A DNA stretch of 64,000 nt from Octopus bimaculoides (GCF_001194135.2 NC_068994.1:4067170-4131169); one strand, 5' to 3'; numbered from the stretch's first letter, positions 24,239-36,379 are shown. Numbers and translations: made by a program. Notes: a model not told the origin generated them from the letters alone.

Positions 24239-25024
24239 CCTGCCATGGTGACATGCATTTTTGTTCTGTGACTGGTTGCCATGGTGATCAGTTTTGCTCT
24301 GTGATTGGTTGCCATGGCAATCTGCATTGCTCTGAGATTGAATTTCAGTGGTGGTTGTGGTGGCGGTGGGGAGTGAAAGAGAGACAGGTGAGAAGGGAAA
24401 GAGACAGGTAGTGAGGAGAGAGATGTAGGGAAGGAAAGAAAGATAGGCTAGGTGGAAGGAAAGAAAGTGAATGAGGAGAAGTGGCCCCAAAACGAGACTG
24501 ATATTTTAAAATTATTAAATCCAAAGGAACGAAAAGCAATGTTGACCTCAGAGTGATTTGAACTCAAGACCCACAGAGCTGAAAGCAGTACCACAGTGTA
24601 TTCTGGGCAAGACTTTAACAACTTCACCAATTCATTGTCTCACTGCCGGATAACTCGACCACGCAATAGTTATGCAACCTTCCTGTGAGGATGCAGGTGT
24701 AGCCTACTTACCCATGGTACCTATTAGCAACTAAGTGGATTCAGCCAGTGAGAGTTAAGTGAAGAAGACTATACACTGCTGCTAACAGGATATGAACCGT
24801 TCACCCTGCAGCTGTGTGACACCCTGATGTTATAAACTGGTTGCTAAGGGAACCTGCGTATAGGTGTATACTTACGTTACTATGGCAACTAATATAACAC
24901 TATGTAATTAGTGGCTATGACAGCCATTGCCTTGTCTATTTGGTTGCTATGGCAACAAGTGTATTACCACATGACTGGTTGCCGTGGCAACTGGTATCAA
25001 CTCCCTGCAGCTTACTATGGCAAC
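24239..25024. promoter_or_regulatory. Homotypic cluster of 8 RFX X-box-like palindromes
   Basis: CCTGCCATGGTGAC 24239, GTTGCCATGGTGAT 24275, GTTGCCATGGCAAT 24308, GTTGCTAAGGGAAC 24840, GTTACTATGGCAAC 24876, GTTGCTATGGCAAC 24943, GTTGCCGTGGCAAC 24978, CTTACTATGGCAAC 25011. These match the RFX consensus GTNRCCNNRGYAAC. Confidence 0.6.
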
Positions 25025-25397
25025 CCTCATAATTTGGTATGAGGGATGGTTCCAGAGAGTTCTGGAAGTTGTAGATTGAGCAAAGTGTGGTGTGGAGGAT
25101 GAGGGATGAGGGGGATGATGTCTGTGGCACATTAGGGATGATAGGAATAGGAGTCTACATGTGTAGATATATATATATCATCATCATCATCGTTTAACAT
25201 CCGCTTTCCATGCTGACATGGGTTGGATGGTTTGACTGAGGACTGGTGAGCCAGAAGGCTGCACCAGACTCCAATCTGATCTGGCAGCATCATATTGTCA
25301 TTGTCCAGTTGTCTTCTCTGTCATTTTAAAATATCACTTTATACCTTTCTTCCATTCAACTTTAAAATTTATTTTTCTTTCTTTCTTTCTCATACAG

Positions 25398-25636
25398 GCA
25401 GCCTCCCAAAAAGCAACAGCATCGATTGATTTCATGTTCTCCAGAACGATGTGGATTGAGCAAAACCTACACGGCCTTCATCAGGGTTAAGAGCATCACC
25501 AACAAAGTGCCATCAGGATTCCAAAGGGTTCTGACACAACAACAAGGAAAAAGGAGAAACCAATGGAACCGTGAATATACTTGTGTGCTCTTCATCTGTA
25601 AATCTGCTGGGCTGCAATCAAGGCCAGCTTTGTTGG
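25398..25636 (+). other. Candidate upstream (probably 5'UTR) exon of the 28529 ZNF gene
   Basis: Long polypyrimidine tract ending ttctcatacAG|, possible donor TGG|GTAATA, unique sequence. Confidence 0.3.
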
Positions 25637-25745
25637 GTAATACTTAGGGCTGGGGATTTTAGAAGGAACTTGGAAAAAATTACCAAATAACCAACACAAT
25701 AACAAACAAATATGACCAACAAAGTTGTGAACGTGTGTAGATTTA

Positions 25746-25805
25746 CTTGTGAACATCTGTGAACATCCTTTGTGAACATCTTGTGGACACCTTGTGAACA
25801 TCTGT
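25746..25805. repeat. Short tandem repeat (TGTGAACATC)x5
   Basis: Directly visible; bracketed by TGTAGATTTAC on both sides. Confidence 0.8.
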
Positions 25806-26605
25806 AGATTTACAACCTGACATATAGGAGGACTTTGTTTTTGTGTTGGTTTTTAGGGATTTTTTTTTTAATGTGATTTCATATTTCTGTTTAAGAACAG
25901 TAACAACAACAATAACAACACAACAACTGTATTGAGAAGAACAACAATCCACCAGACAGCTATAACGAAAAGAGCAGTCACAACAACAACAACACTATTG
26001 TCTGATGGATGGAAACTACCAGAGGAAGTCACTACAACAATAATAACAGTGACAGTGATAACTACTACTACTACCACCACCACCACCACCACTACACCTA
26101 ACAGCCTACAATAGTCACAATACTCAGCAATGACCACAGCTTCACCAAATTCCTAAAGGAACAAAGATCAGTCAGTGTAACAGCCAAAATCTTAATTAGA
26201 TGTTGCTTAATTAGATCTTAATTAGATAAAGCTTTGTTACAGCAGTTTTTAATTTCATTCTTCATTTTCATTTATATATATATATATATATATATATTTT
26301 GTTTCTGTATCATTCTGTTGGTTACGACGATGAGGGTTCCAGTCGATCCGATCAACGGAACAGCCTGCTCGTGAAATTAACATGCAAGTGGCTGAGCAGA
26401 CACATGTACCCTAACAAGCAGGGGGCTATCTCTTTCACTACATCAATGTTGGGAATTTTAGGTGACAACGACGAGGTTTTTCCAGGGACACTTTGATCCG
26501 AATGGATCCGCTGCCTGTGATCTCTTGTGTGTTACGTGATATCACATGGTACGCCTTTGATATAAGTATTGGTGTGTGTGTATATAGATACAGATATTGA
26601 TGTGT

Positions 26606-26642
<37 letters not shown>

Positions 26643-27123
26643 TGTATAAAACATAAAACTGTGTGAGATATTTACAGTTATTATTCAACAGTAAATGAGG
26701 GCCATATACAGTGAAGATATCAAGTTATCACATGCATGAAACGTTTTGGCTTCATGTGAATAAAGATTTCTTCACTGTAGCACCTGAATGTGGGACTGAA
26801 CTTTCAATCTTGTTCCCTGATTCGTTATTACAGTATTCACCCATCATTCACTTCGTCAACACTGAGTAGAATAAACAAAATGAAACTCAGTTGCCCGCTA
26901 GATTTGAACCAGCTTCCTTTTGGTTCCAATCTGTAATTATGATTTAACCATGAGCTTAAACATGTAACTATTCCTCAGCCTACCTTCATATTAATGTGAG
27001 GTCATATTTACGATGGTGATGATGATGATGATGGTAATGAGACAACAACATTGATGATGATGATGATGATGGGGATAACGGGGGTGGTATCAGTAGCGTT
27101 GAAGGGAAGGGTGAAAGTAGACA

Positions 27124-27141
27124 GGCGGCCATTTATAAAAG
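27124..27141 (+). promoter_or_regulatory. YY1-like site abutting a TATA-like box
   Basis: GGCGGCCATTT overlapping TATAAAAG, 1.4 kb upstream of the 28529 ATG; motif match only. Confidence 0.2.
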
Positions 27142-27383
27142 ACATTGGGTTTTGATAGACCGACTGATATTTGTTCAAATTGGGACGACTCAGAAGAAAC
27201 CACCAACATTATAACAACAACAACAATAACAACAACAACAATAACAACAACAACAAAAACAACAACAACAAAAACAACTACACCTATCTTGACCATCGTT
27301 ACAAAAACACCACAGCCATCACGACACCACTACCACCACCATCACTTGCTACATCAGCAACAACAACATTGCTTCATCCAGAA

Positions 27384-27641
27384 CAGTGATTCTCAACGAT
27401 ATTTTTAACTTATGAAACCCTTCGATTCCTGTTCTACTCGGATGGTCCCTCATAACCATTCCATGTTTAAACAATCCTATCATATTTTGATAACCAAATA
27501 TTATTAGGAATTGTCTTTTAAAAAAAATTGTTAATATTTGGTGTATCGAAGAAGTATAACCAATTCACTACAGATAAATCTTAACAACAAAATCTCATAT
27601 GGACCCCTAAGGGCCATATGAGCTCCAGTTAAGAACCTCTG
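27384..27641 (+). mobile_element. hAT (Charlie-like) MITE
   Basis: TIRs CAGTGATTCTCAAC / GTTAAGAACCTCTG; 8-bp flanks ATCCAGAA / AACTAGAA match at 6/8 and resemble NTCTAGAN. Confidence 0.7.
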
Positions 27642-27754
27642 AACTAGAAAGACAATAATATGGAATGTTTACTTCTGTAACTCAGATATCATATTTTTAG
27701 AGAGTCTGGAAGATCACACACACACACACACTTTCTCTCACTCATTCTCTCTCC

Positions 27755-27811
<57 letters not shown>

Positions 27812-28342
27812 CATATACATACATATATATATATATATACACATATACATACATCAGTTGTTCTCATAACTTTTGACCCTGACACTAACACCAAATATTC
27901 CACAAGCCAAAATGAGGGAACCCCTATGTGATCAGACGACTTGCTAAAAATAACAACTTGCACACTGCCATCTTAACTAAAAGAACATACTGGACAAAAG
28001 TTCATGGCCTGAAGGAAAAAAAAGAATTAAAACAATAAAGAAATAATGGAATGCTGGTCATCGTTGGAATGGCTTTGATCATCAACCTGCTGGATCAAGG
28101 CTGACAGGGGTCAAACAGCCAAACACCAGACAACTTTCAAAGGAAAGAAGACATTTTTTCAAATCTATATTTTCTATATATAATTAATTATTCTCCTCGT
28201 TAACATATTTTCTCAAGCAAAGGATTTCAAGATCATAAATTTCTAACATTTCTTTTATCATCGACGACCTTTCGTTTTGATGGCCTTTCTTGTGGAATAA
28301 CCCTTTAGACATTTTTCTGATTTGCTTTTTACCACTACAACA

Positions 28343-28387
<45 letters not shown>

Positions 28388-28528
28388 GCAACGACAATAG
28401 TAACATAACAGAAAGAAGAAGAAAGAAAAAAATGCAATAAAAAGAATATTGTTTATTTTATTGCAAGTGAAGCAAAAATCTTTTAAAAAATCTTTTAAAA
28501 TTGTGATTGTTTGATAATAGCCATCAAA

Positions 28529-31015
28529 ATGAGTATGTACCCGATACAGCCAGCGTACCCCAGTATGGGGGACCACTCCTCTATATACAACCAATCCATG
28601 TATTCGAATCAAAGCACCCATTTGAAAGAGACTGACAAGAACAGCCCATCGCAGGGTGCTAAAGGCTTCCGACAGCCCGATATTCCCCGGAAACATTTCA
28701 GCGAAGAAAACGTGCCCCTTATTAACAATGCTGGATCAAGCCAAGAAGAGATTGAGGTGCCATCCCTTAACACCAGTACCACCAACACTCTACCTCCTGT
28801 GGCACCTAACAACCAAGACAAAGAACTAACCTGTGCTTTTTGTAAAAAGGTTTTCCCCAACTCATTTATCTTACGTACACACGAACGCATTCACATGGGT
28901 GTGCGACCATTTGCCTGTTCCTTTTGTAACAAGGAATTTTTCCAGTTAGTCGACTTAAAGACGCACTACTGCACGCACAGCCATGCCACCAATAACATGG
29001 CACTGTCTGCAACTCAGAAGGCTTACCAATGTTCAGTGTGTAACCGAAGCTTTGCTCATAGAGGTAACCTGAAGCTTCATCTGAGGATGCATTCAGGGGA
29101 CAAACCGTTTGCTTGTGATGTCTGTGGCAAGACTTTCGCTCAGAAAAACAGCCTTACCGATCATAAAAGAGTGCATACAGGAGATTTGTTCTTCTGCCAG
29201 TTCTGCCAGAAAGCATTTTGTAACCAGTTTTTCTTGCAGAACCATGAGAGAGCACACACAGGGGAGAAACCTTTTCATTGTGATTTCTGTGATAAAGCGT
29301 TTTCTCAGAGAGGTAACTTGAAGACACATCTCAGAACACACACAGGAGAGAAGAACTTTGTCTGCGATGCCTGTGGTAAAGCATTCTCTCAAAAGAACTG
29401 CCTGACTGACCACAAACGGCTACACACTGGTGACCTCTTCTACTGTCAGTACTGTAAAAAAGGATTCTGCAATCAGTTTTTCTTAAAGATTCATGAAAAA
29501 GTACACACGGGAGATTTATATTATTGCAACTACTGCAAAAAAGGGTTTCCCAATCAGTTTTTCCTGGAAAACCACACCAGGTCTCATACTGGAGAGAAAC
29601 CGTTCCGGTGTTTGTTTTGTCCGCAAGTTTTTTCACAACGTGGCAATTTAAAAACTCATCTACGAACGCACACGGGGGAGAAACCATTCCAGTGTGAAGT
29701 TTGTGGCAAGGGTTTTGCACAAAAGACTAATTTAAATGACCACAAAAGACTCCATACTGGAGAGCTTTACTATTGTAACTACTGCAAAAAACCATTTTGT
29801 AATAAATTCTTCTTAAAAATTCATGAGCGCATACACACAGGGGATTTATTTTACTGCTCTTATTGTAAAAAAGGCTTCACAAATGAGTTCTTCCTGAAAA
29901 ACCATCTCAGAGTACACACAGGAGAGAAACCATTTCAATGTGAATTTTGCAATCAAACATTTGCGCAACGAGGCAATTTGAAGCAACATTTACGAAAACA
30001 CACAGGGGAGAAACCATTTAATTGTGAACTTTGTGGCAAATGTTTCTCTCAGCGAAACAATTTAACTGACCATAAACGTGTGCATACTGGAGAACTCTTC
30101 TTCTGTAGCTTCTGTAAGAAGCCATTTTGCAACCAGTTTTTCCTAAAAAATCATGAAAGAGCTCACACTGGAGAAAGACCGTTCGAATGCAACTTCTGCA
30201 AGAAAACTTTCTCTCAGAGAGGTAATCTTAAGTTACATCTAAGGACACACACTGGAGAAAAGCCTTTTACCTGTAGTGTATGCGACAAGTCCTTCACGCA
30301 ACGGAATAGTCTCATAGATCACCAACGTATTCACAGCGGAGATCTATACTTTTGCGGAATTTGTAAGAAGGGCTTCTGTAACCAGTTTTTCTTGAAAACT
30401 CACGAGAAAACCCATGGAATTGTAGAGGATAGCCATTCAAAACAGATTAGTTGTGAGTTTTGTGGCGAGGTTTTTGCACAGCAAAGTGAGTTGAAGGTAC
30501 ACATACAAACTCATACACCAGCGGAGAAACGCTACAGCTGCCAGATTTGTGGGGAGCAGTTTTTACACAGGGTTTCATTAACAAACCATAAATGTCCAGC
30601 AGCAAGCAGCAACTCGAACAGCTGCAGGATGTACTCAAAACTGCCCCAACAGACCGTGGAGCCAAGCAGCTCGAACATAACAAACGACAAGACTGTATAT
30701 AATTCGTCTCCTTCGTCATGTGATTCTTTAGCTCATGTCAAGGATATTGTTAGCACACAGAAAATCAGCTCGTTGAAAAACAATAGTAGATCTTGTACAA
30801 CGGTCCAACAGGAGTCACACCGAGATACACAAGTCCCTCCTGTGCGACCGCAGCCATCACCAGCTTCTTCTTCATCATACTTGCATGGCATGCCTCATAT
30901 TTGGGAAAATAACTACCTCTGGTCACGAGGTTACCCCATGCCACCCTTGTTAGGCTCAAGTTGGGCAGCAAATGTGCCCAGCGGTGTCTCCTGTGGTCCA
31001 AAACAAACAAAGTAA
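28529..31015 (+). CDS. Multi-C2H2 zinc-finger protein, 828 aa, uninterrupted coding exon; 20 C2H2 fingers plus 1 terminal C2HC finger
   Basis: Long open ORF (track 28511..31015 starts at TTG; first ATG at 28529 in caaaATG context). Repeated C-x2-C-x3-F-x5-L-x2-H-x3-H units with TGEKPF-type linkers from 28832 to 30595, flanked by Ser/Pro/Asn-rich termini. Upstream exons not excluded. Confidence 0.95.
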   Translation: MSMYPIQPAYPSMGDHSSIYNQSMYSNQSTHLKETDKNSPSQGAKGFRQPDIPRKHFSEENVPLINNAGSSQEEIEVPSLNTSTTNTLPPVAPNNQDKELTCAFCKKVFPNSFILRTHERIHMGVRPFACSFCNKEFFQLVDLKTHYCTHSHATNNMALSATQKAYQCSVCNRSFAHRGNLKLHLRMHSGDKPFACDVCGKTFAQKNSLTDHKRVHTGDLFFCQFCQKAFCNQFFLQNHERAHTGEKPFHCDFCDKAFSQRGNLKTHLRTHTGEKNFVCDACGKAFSQKNCLTDHKRLHTGDLFYCQYCKKGFCNQFFLKIHEKVHTGDLYYCNYCKKGFPNQFFLENHTRSHTGEKPFRCLFCPQVFSQRGNLKTHLRTHTGEKPFQCEVCGKGFAQKTNLNDHKRLHTGELYYCNYCKKPFCNKFFLKIHERIHTGDLFYCSYCKKGFTNEFFLKNHLRVHTGEKPFQCEFCNQTFAQRGNLKQHLRKHTGEKPFNCELCGKCFSQRNNLTDHKRVHTGELFFCSFCKKPFCNQFFLKNHERAHTGERPFECNFCKKTFSQRGNLKLHLRTHTGEKPFTCSVCDKSFTQRNSLIDHQRIHSGDLYFCGICKKGFCNQFFLKTHEKTHGIVEDSHSKQISCEFCGEVFAQQSELKVHIQTHTPAEKRYSCQICGEQFLHRVSLTNHKCPAASSNSNSCRMYSKLPQQTVEPSSSNITNDKTVYNSSPSSCDSLAHVKDIVSTQKISSLKNNSRSCTTVQQESHRDTQVPPVRPQPSPASSSSYLHGMPHIWENNYLWSRGYPMPPLLGSSWAANVPSGVSCGPKQTK

Positions 31016-31727
31016 AGGACATCTGTATTAATTAGTTCTCCCTATAACAACACTGATCATATATCTACATTAACGAGTACTCTCTCTTCCATTAACTAAA
31101 CACAAAAAGGACAACCCCCCCCCTTTTATCAATGACTGCTTCCTCGTTCAGGGCTAAACACCCTTGAGATACGTTAACGAGCACACCCTTATCTGTACTA
31201 ATTAAAACAATGAGTGTTACTGTCATCAAAGCTAACATTGCACCTTATTACAGAGTACTCTATCAAAATTAACAAATCCTGTATTAAATAGACACTCCCT
31301 GTATGAAAACACTGTGTAAATTAATTAATGCTCCCTGCTCCCTCCCCCCATACACCAAATGACATTAACGAACGAAGACATGGAAGAAACTATGTAATAA
31401 CTTACAGACATATTCTCTCGCCACTTGGACCATTTTATTTTAGGTATGTCCTATGTACAGTGACTACAAATGTCTCCTCTCCCCTGTCAATGAAGTGAGC
31501 CTTGTCCAAAATAGAGTTGAACAGGTCACTTATTTTTGTTGTGTTATCATCTTTTATTTTTTTGTGCGTGTTTTTGTTTTTGTTTTGTTTTTTCTCTTCT
31601 AATTAGTTAATTCCTTCATTTGTAGATTACCATTCGTTAGGAACATTAATCAAATATTTGTTGTTATTAATCAGATATTTGTTATTATTGCTAATATTAT
31701 AATTATTATTGCTGCTGAAGGTCGGGG

Positions 31728-32392
31728 CTGAGCTGGCAGAACCCTCAAAGAGTTGGACAAAATGCTTTGCAGCATTTCTTCCAAATCATTCTGTTCTGAG
31801 TTCAATTCCCACCAAGGTCAACTTTGCTTTTCATCCTTTTGGGGGTCAATAAAATAAAGTACCACTCAACTACAGGGGTCAATGTAATCAAGCTGCAACC
31901 TCTCACTAAAATTGCTGGCCTTGTGCCAAAATTAGAAAGGATTACTGTTATTATTATTATTATTATTATTAAGGAGCTAAGCTATCAGAATTGTTAGCAT
32001 ATTGGACGAAATGCTTAGCAGCATTTCTTCCAAATCATTATGTTCTGGATTCAAATCCTCCTGAGGTCAACTCTGCCTTTCATCCTTTTGGGGGTCGATA
32101 AAATAAAGTACCAACCAAATACTGAGGTTTATGTATTCGACTTGCTCTCTCGTCCCCTAAAAAAATTTCTGGCCTTGTGCCAAAAATTTGAAACGGCTAT
32201 TATTATTATTATTATTAGCATGTTGGGAAAAATGGTTTGTGGCATTTTGTCCCTCTTTGTTCTGAGTTCAAATTCCGCCGAGGTAGACTTTGCCTTTCAT
32301 CCTTTCGAGGTCAATAAATTAAGTACCAGTGAAACACTGGGGTCGATGTAATTGACTAGTCCCTTGCCCCCAAATTTCAGGCTTTGTGCCTT
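31728..32392 (+). mobile_element. Three tandem copies of SINE family A
   Basis: Three successive copies of the GAGTTCAAATTCC...GCCTTTCATCCTTT..GGGTC core, separated by (ATT)n tails. Confidence 0.85.
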
Positions 32393-34602
32393 TATTTTCA
32401 ATGTAACGTGTGCCCCTCTGAGGCACAATAGCACTTGTATATGGGATTGAACTTGCAGTGTTATAGTTTGTATAAGTGCATCATAACATCTTGATCAGTT
32501 TAGGAAGTATATGAGGGAGAGAATGACTACTCAATCAGCAGTATTGATCTCAGCATTGAACACCTCTAAATCCCTCCAATGATTATTCAACCTACAAGAA
32601 ATAGCTATGAAACAGTCCTCAAATTCCAAGTACCACCCTAAAACACTGAAGCATACATTGTATGATGTAGTCTTAGATATACTAAAACATGATGGCCATT
32701 GTTGGAATGTCCTTCACCAAAAGTCGAATAGACAACAATAGTAACTTCAGTAGTCATGAGCCAATGAAGGAAACCTCTAGGTGGTCACTTAATCTGCTAG
32801 AAACAACAACCAAATTTCTCACAAAACACTGCCTACTGTTTCTTTATAAAGAAACATTGAATGATGTAGTCTTAGATATGCTATGCCTGTAATAAAAAAA
32901 AAAATAGGGAAAAAATCCCATGGTATGGTCAAAGCTGTAACATCCTTGGCCATTGGTTGGAGCAGAGGTGAAGGTAGCGCAATAATAATTTCGGTCTTTA
33001 GATTCAGTAATATCTTTAAAATAAGGACTATGTATTTTAACTCCCTCCATTTCTGCATAAACAGGATGACCACCACTACATCATCACTGATTGTGTAATG
33101 AGAACTCATCCCTTACCTCATTCTTCCTCTTCCTTTGTGATTGACCAGGATCACACCACCCTCAACATGGGCCTAAGGTTATTGGCCCTTGCCCTCAACA
33201 GAGCAGACCACAACTTCATGAATGTCATATGTTATATGACTTACTGCCATTTGTTATATCATCATATCACATCATATCACAATGTGATATCACATCATTG
33301 CACTGTCTTAGTGTCACATATCATATTGTCACATTGTCATACTGCCACATATCACATGTCACACGGTCATATCACAATGCATCACAATGTCATATGTGAC
33401 GTCATATTGTAAGGCAACAAAGTGGCAAGCTGACACAATCTTAAGCCCACTGTGCAAAATGCTTAGTGGCATTCATTCATTTTTATTTTCTGAGTTCAAA
33501 TTCCACTTGATTTTGCCTTTCATCCTTTCGGGGTCAATATTATAAGTACCAGCTGAGTGCTGGGGTCGATGTAGGCAACTTACACCCTGCAAAATTGCAG
33601 GCCTTGTGCCAAAATTTGAAATCTCTGTTGTATCATATGCTAAAAAAAAAAACAGTCTGCTTTTTTATTCCCTAAACTATATTTAAGGATAGTATCAAAG
33701 GGGAATTAAAATGACAGTTTCTCTTCCCTGAATATGTCACAAAAGGGGACCCAGTTGTCAGTATTACTTTTGGGGTAAGCACTAGGTCTCCAAATATACA
33801 GCAAGACAGAACCAAATTACATTCAGGCTCTGGAGGCGAAAGGGTCTTTCAATATTCAAGAATGGTCGTTTTTCGTTTTTTTAGGGAAGAATCCAGCAGG
33901 ACCCCCCTTTGACTCTTTGCCTACCTCAGACCAATGTAGCAATCAAACCCCTACTTCTCATGCAACCTAGTGAACAGGACTTCCTCACTACAGCAATGGG
34001 TTTCTTCTCTTCAATGGGAGAAAAGGTGTGGGATGAAGGTGCAGAGCTAATAACCCTGACTCTGGTACTGTTGACCCCTAAATTAAAGGTGCAATTCAAT
34101 GTGTTGCTACAACAAACAGCCTTTCTGAAACAAATGAACATAGAAGAAACAGTATGTATATACATGTGTGTGTGTGTATATATATATACATATATATATC
34201 TGTACACCACCTCAAACACTTTATACATATATATATGTGTGTGTGTAGGGTATATATACATGCATATATATATGTATGTATGCATGTATGTATACATAAA
34301 CATGTATGTATACATTTATATATATATATATGAATGAAGAAAAGTGTTTCTTTCTTGTATCCGACTCATTCTATTCTCTGTTGTTAAACACACACACATA
34401 TCCTCATTTATGGTGTGTATATATATATATATATGTATATATATAAATATATATGTTAGTGTGTATTTGTGCGTATATATATATATATTCACATGTGCAT
34501 ATGTTACACACGTACACTTGTATATATAAATGTGTGTGTGTGTGTGTGTCTATATATATGTATATATATTCATATGTATATGCATGTGTATTTACACATA
34601 GA

Positions 34603-34651
<49 letters not shown>

Positions 34652-34814
34652 ATTTTTGTATGTATATATAAATACCCATTATTATTATGTTTGAGAGATT
34701 TTCAAAGAATGTCTATATGTTTGTCTATGCACGTGTGTGTGTGTGTGTGTATGTACATACACATCCACACATTTATATATGTATGTGTGTATAGAGTATG
34801 CCTAAATATATATA

Positions 34815-34850
<36 letters not shown>

Positions 34851-36379
34851 NNNNNNNNNNNNNNNNNNNNNNNNNNNNNNNNNNNNNNNNNNNNNNNNNN
34901 NNNNNNNNNNNNNNNNNNNNNNNNNNNNNNNNNNNNNNNNNNNNNNNNNNNNNNNNNNNNNNNNNNNNNNNNNNNNNNNNNNNNNNNNNNNNNNNNNNNN
35001 NNNNNNNNNNNNNNNNNNNNNNNNNNNNNNNNNNNNNNNNNNNNNNNNNNNNNNNNNNNNNNNNNNNNNNNNNNNNNNNNNNNNNNNNNNNNNNNNNNNN
35101 NNNNNNNNNNNNNNNNNNNNNNNNNNNNNNNNNNNNNNNNNNNNNNNNNNNNNNNNNNNNNNNNNNNNNNNNNNNNNNNNNNNNNNNNNNNNNNNNNNNN
35201 NNNNNNNNNNNNNNNNNNNNNNNNNNNNNNNNNNNNNNNNNNNNNNNNNNNNNNNNNNNNNNNNNNNNNNNNNNNNNNNNNNNNNNNNNNNNNNNNNNNN
35301 NNNNNNNNNNNNNNNNNNNNNNNNNNNNNNNTTATTATTATTATTATTATAAAATATTATTATTGATATTTCAGGATAATAATAACAATAATAATAATAA
35401 TAATAATAACAATAAAAGAAGCTAAAGAAGACTGTTTGAATATTTCAATAAACCTAACCATTCTTTGTGAATTTACTTCAACATAAAACACTGTGATTGT
35501 GTGAAATAAATAGCCAAAAAAAAAAAAAAACTAAAACAATAGCCTGTTCTTTTGATTTTGTTGTGTGTACCCCTCTTATATGACGGCTGTAGAGGGTGGG
35601 GGGTCTTGTCTTGTTAGATACCTGGTAACTTTACTGGTGCTCGTGCCACAGAAAAATACACCCAGTACACTCTGTGAAGTGGTTGGTTTTAGGAAGGGCC
35701 CCCAACTGGTGTAACCATGACACAGCAGATGCTGGAGCTTGGTGTGATTCTCTTACTTGCCACCCCCTCTTGGACCCTCCAACCCAAACTAGCAAAAACA
35801 GACATTGAATGCTGATGATGATGATGACGAGTCTTGGGTACTTTTCAACTAGCACATCGCAGACTTGATCAAGTTGCTCAGCATTGATGGCGCGACTGTT
35901 CAGCACAAGCTTGGCACACAAACTTTTTCCTCAGCCTAATATATATACTTACATATAAACATATATATAATACACATACTCACATATCCTTGATTTGTTT
36001 AACATCTGATTTTCTAAGCAAGTAGGGCTTGGATGGGAATTGGAGGCATCATTTTATGGTTGGATGCTTTCCAGAAAAGAATATTTTTTCTACAGTGAGC
36101 TGGCTGAATTGTTAGCACACTCGGCAAAATGCTCAGTGGCGTTTCGTCTGTCTTTACATTCCGAGTTCAAATTCCGCCAAGGTTGATTTTGCCTTTCAGG
36201 ATTGATAAAAAACTACCAGTTGAACACTGAAGCCAATATAATCAATTTATTCCCCAAAATTGCTGGTCTTAAGCCAAAATTTAAAATCAATATTTTTTCT
36301 GCTACCTCTTAAACCATATTAATGGATAGAAAGAGGTTGGGGTTTATCATTGCAACAGGTAATGATAAAATAGTAATTT

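Noticed and set aside
24146-24490. Minus ORF with CHGNQSQ repeats suggesting a His-rich metal-binding peptide
   Set aside because: Non-ATG start, embedded in low complexity and overlapping a SINE; better explained as the translation of tandem X-box units.
28609-31022. Minus-strand and alternate-frame ORFs overlapping the 21-finger CDS
   Set aside because: Shadow ORFs of a real coding region; no independent motifs.
33720-34140. Unique-looking segment with ORFs on both strands
   Set aside because: No recognisable motif, start context or splice boundaries; left unannotated.
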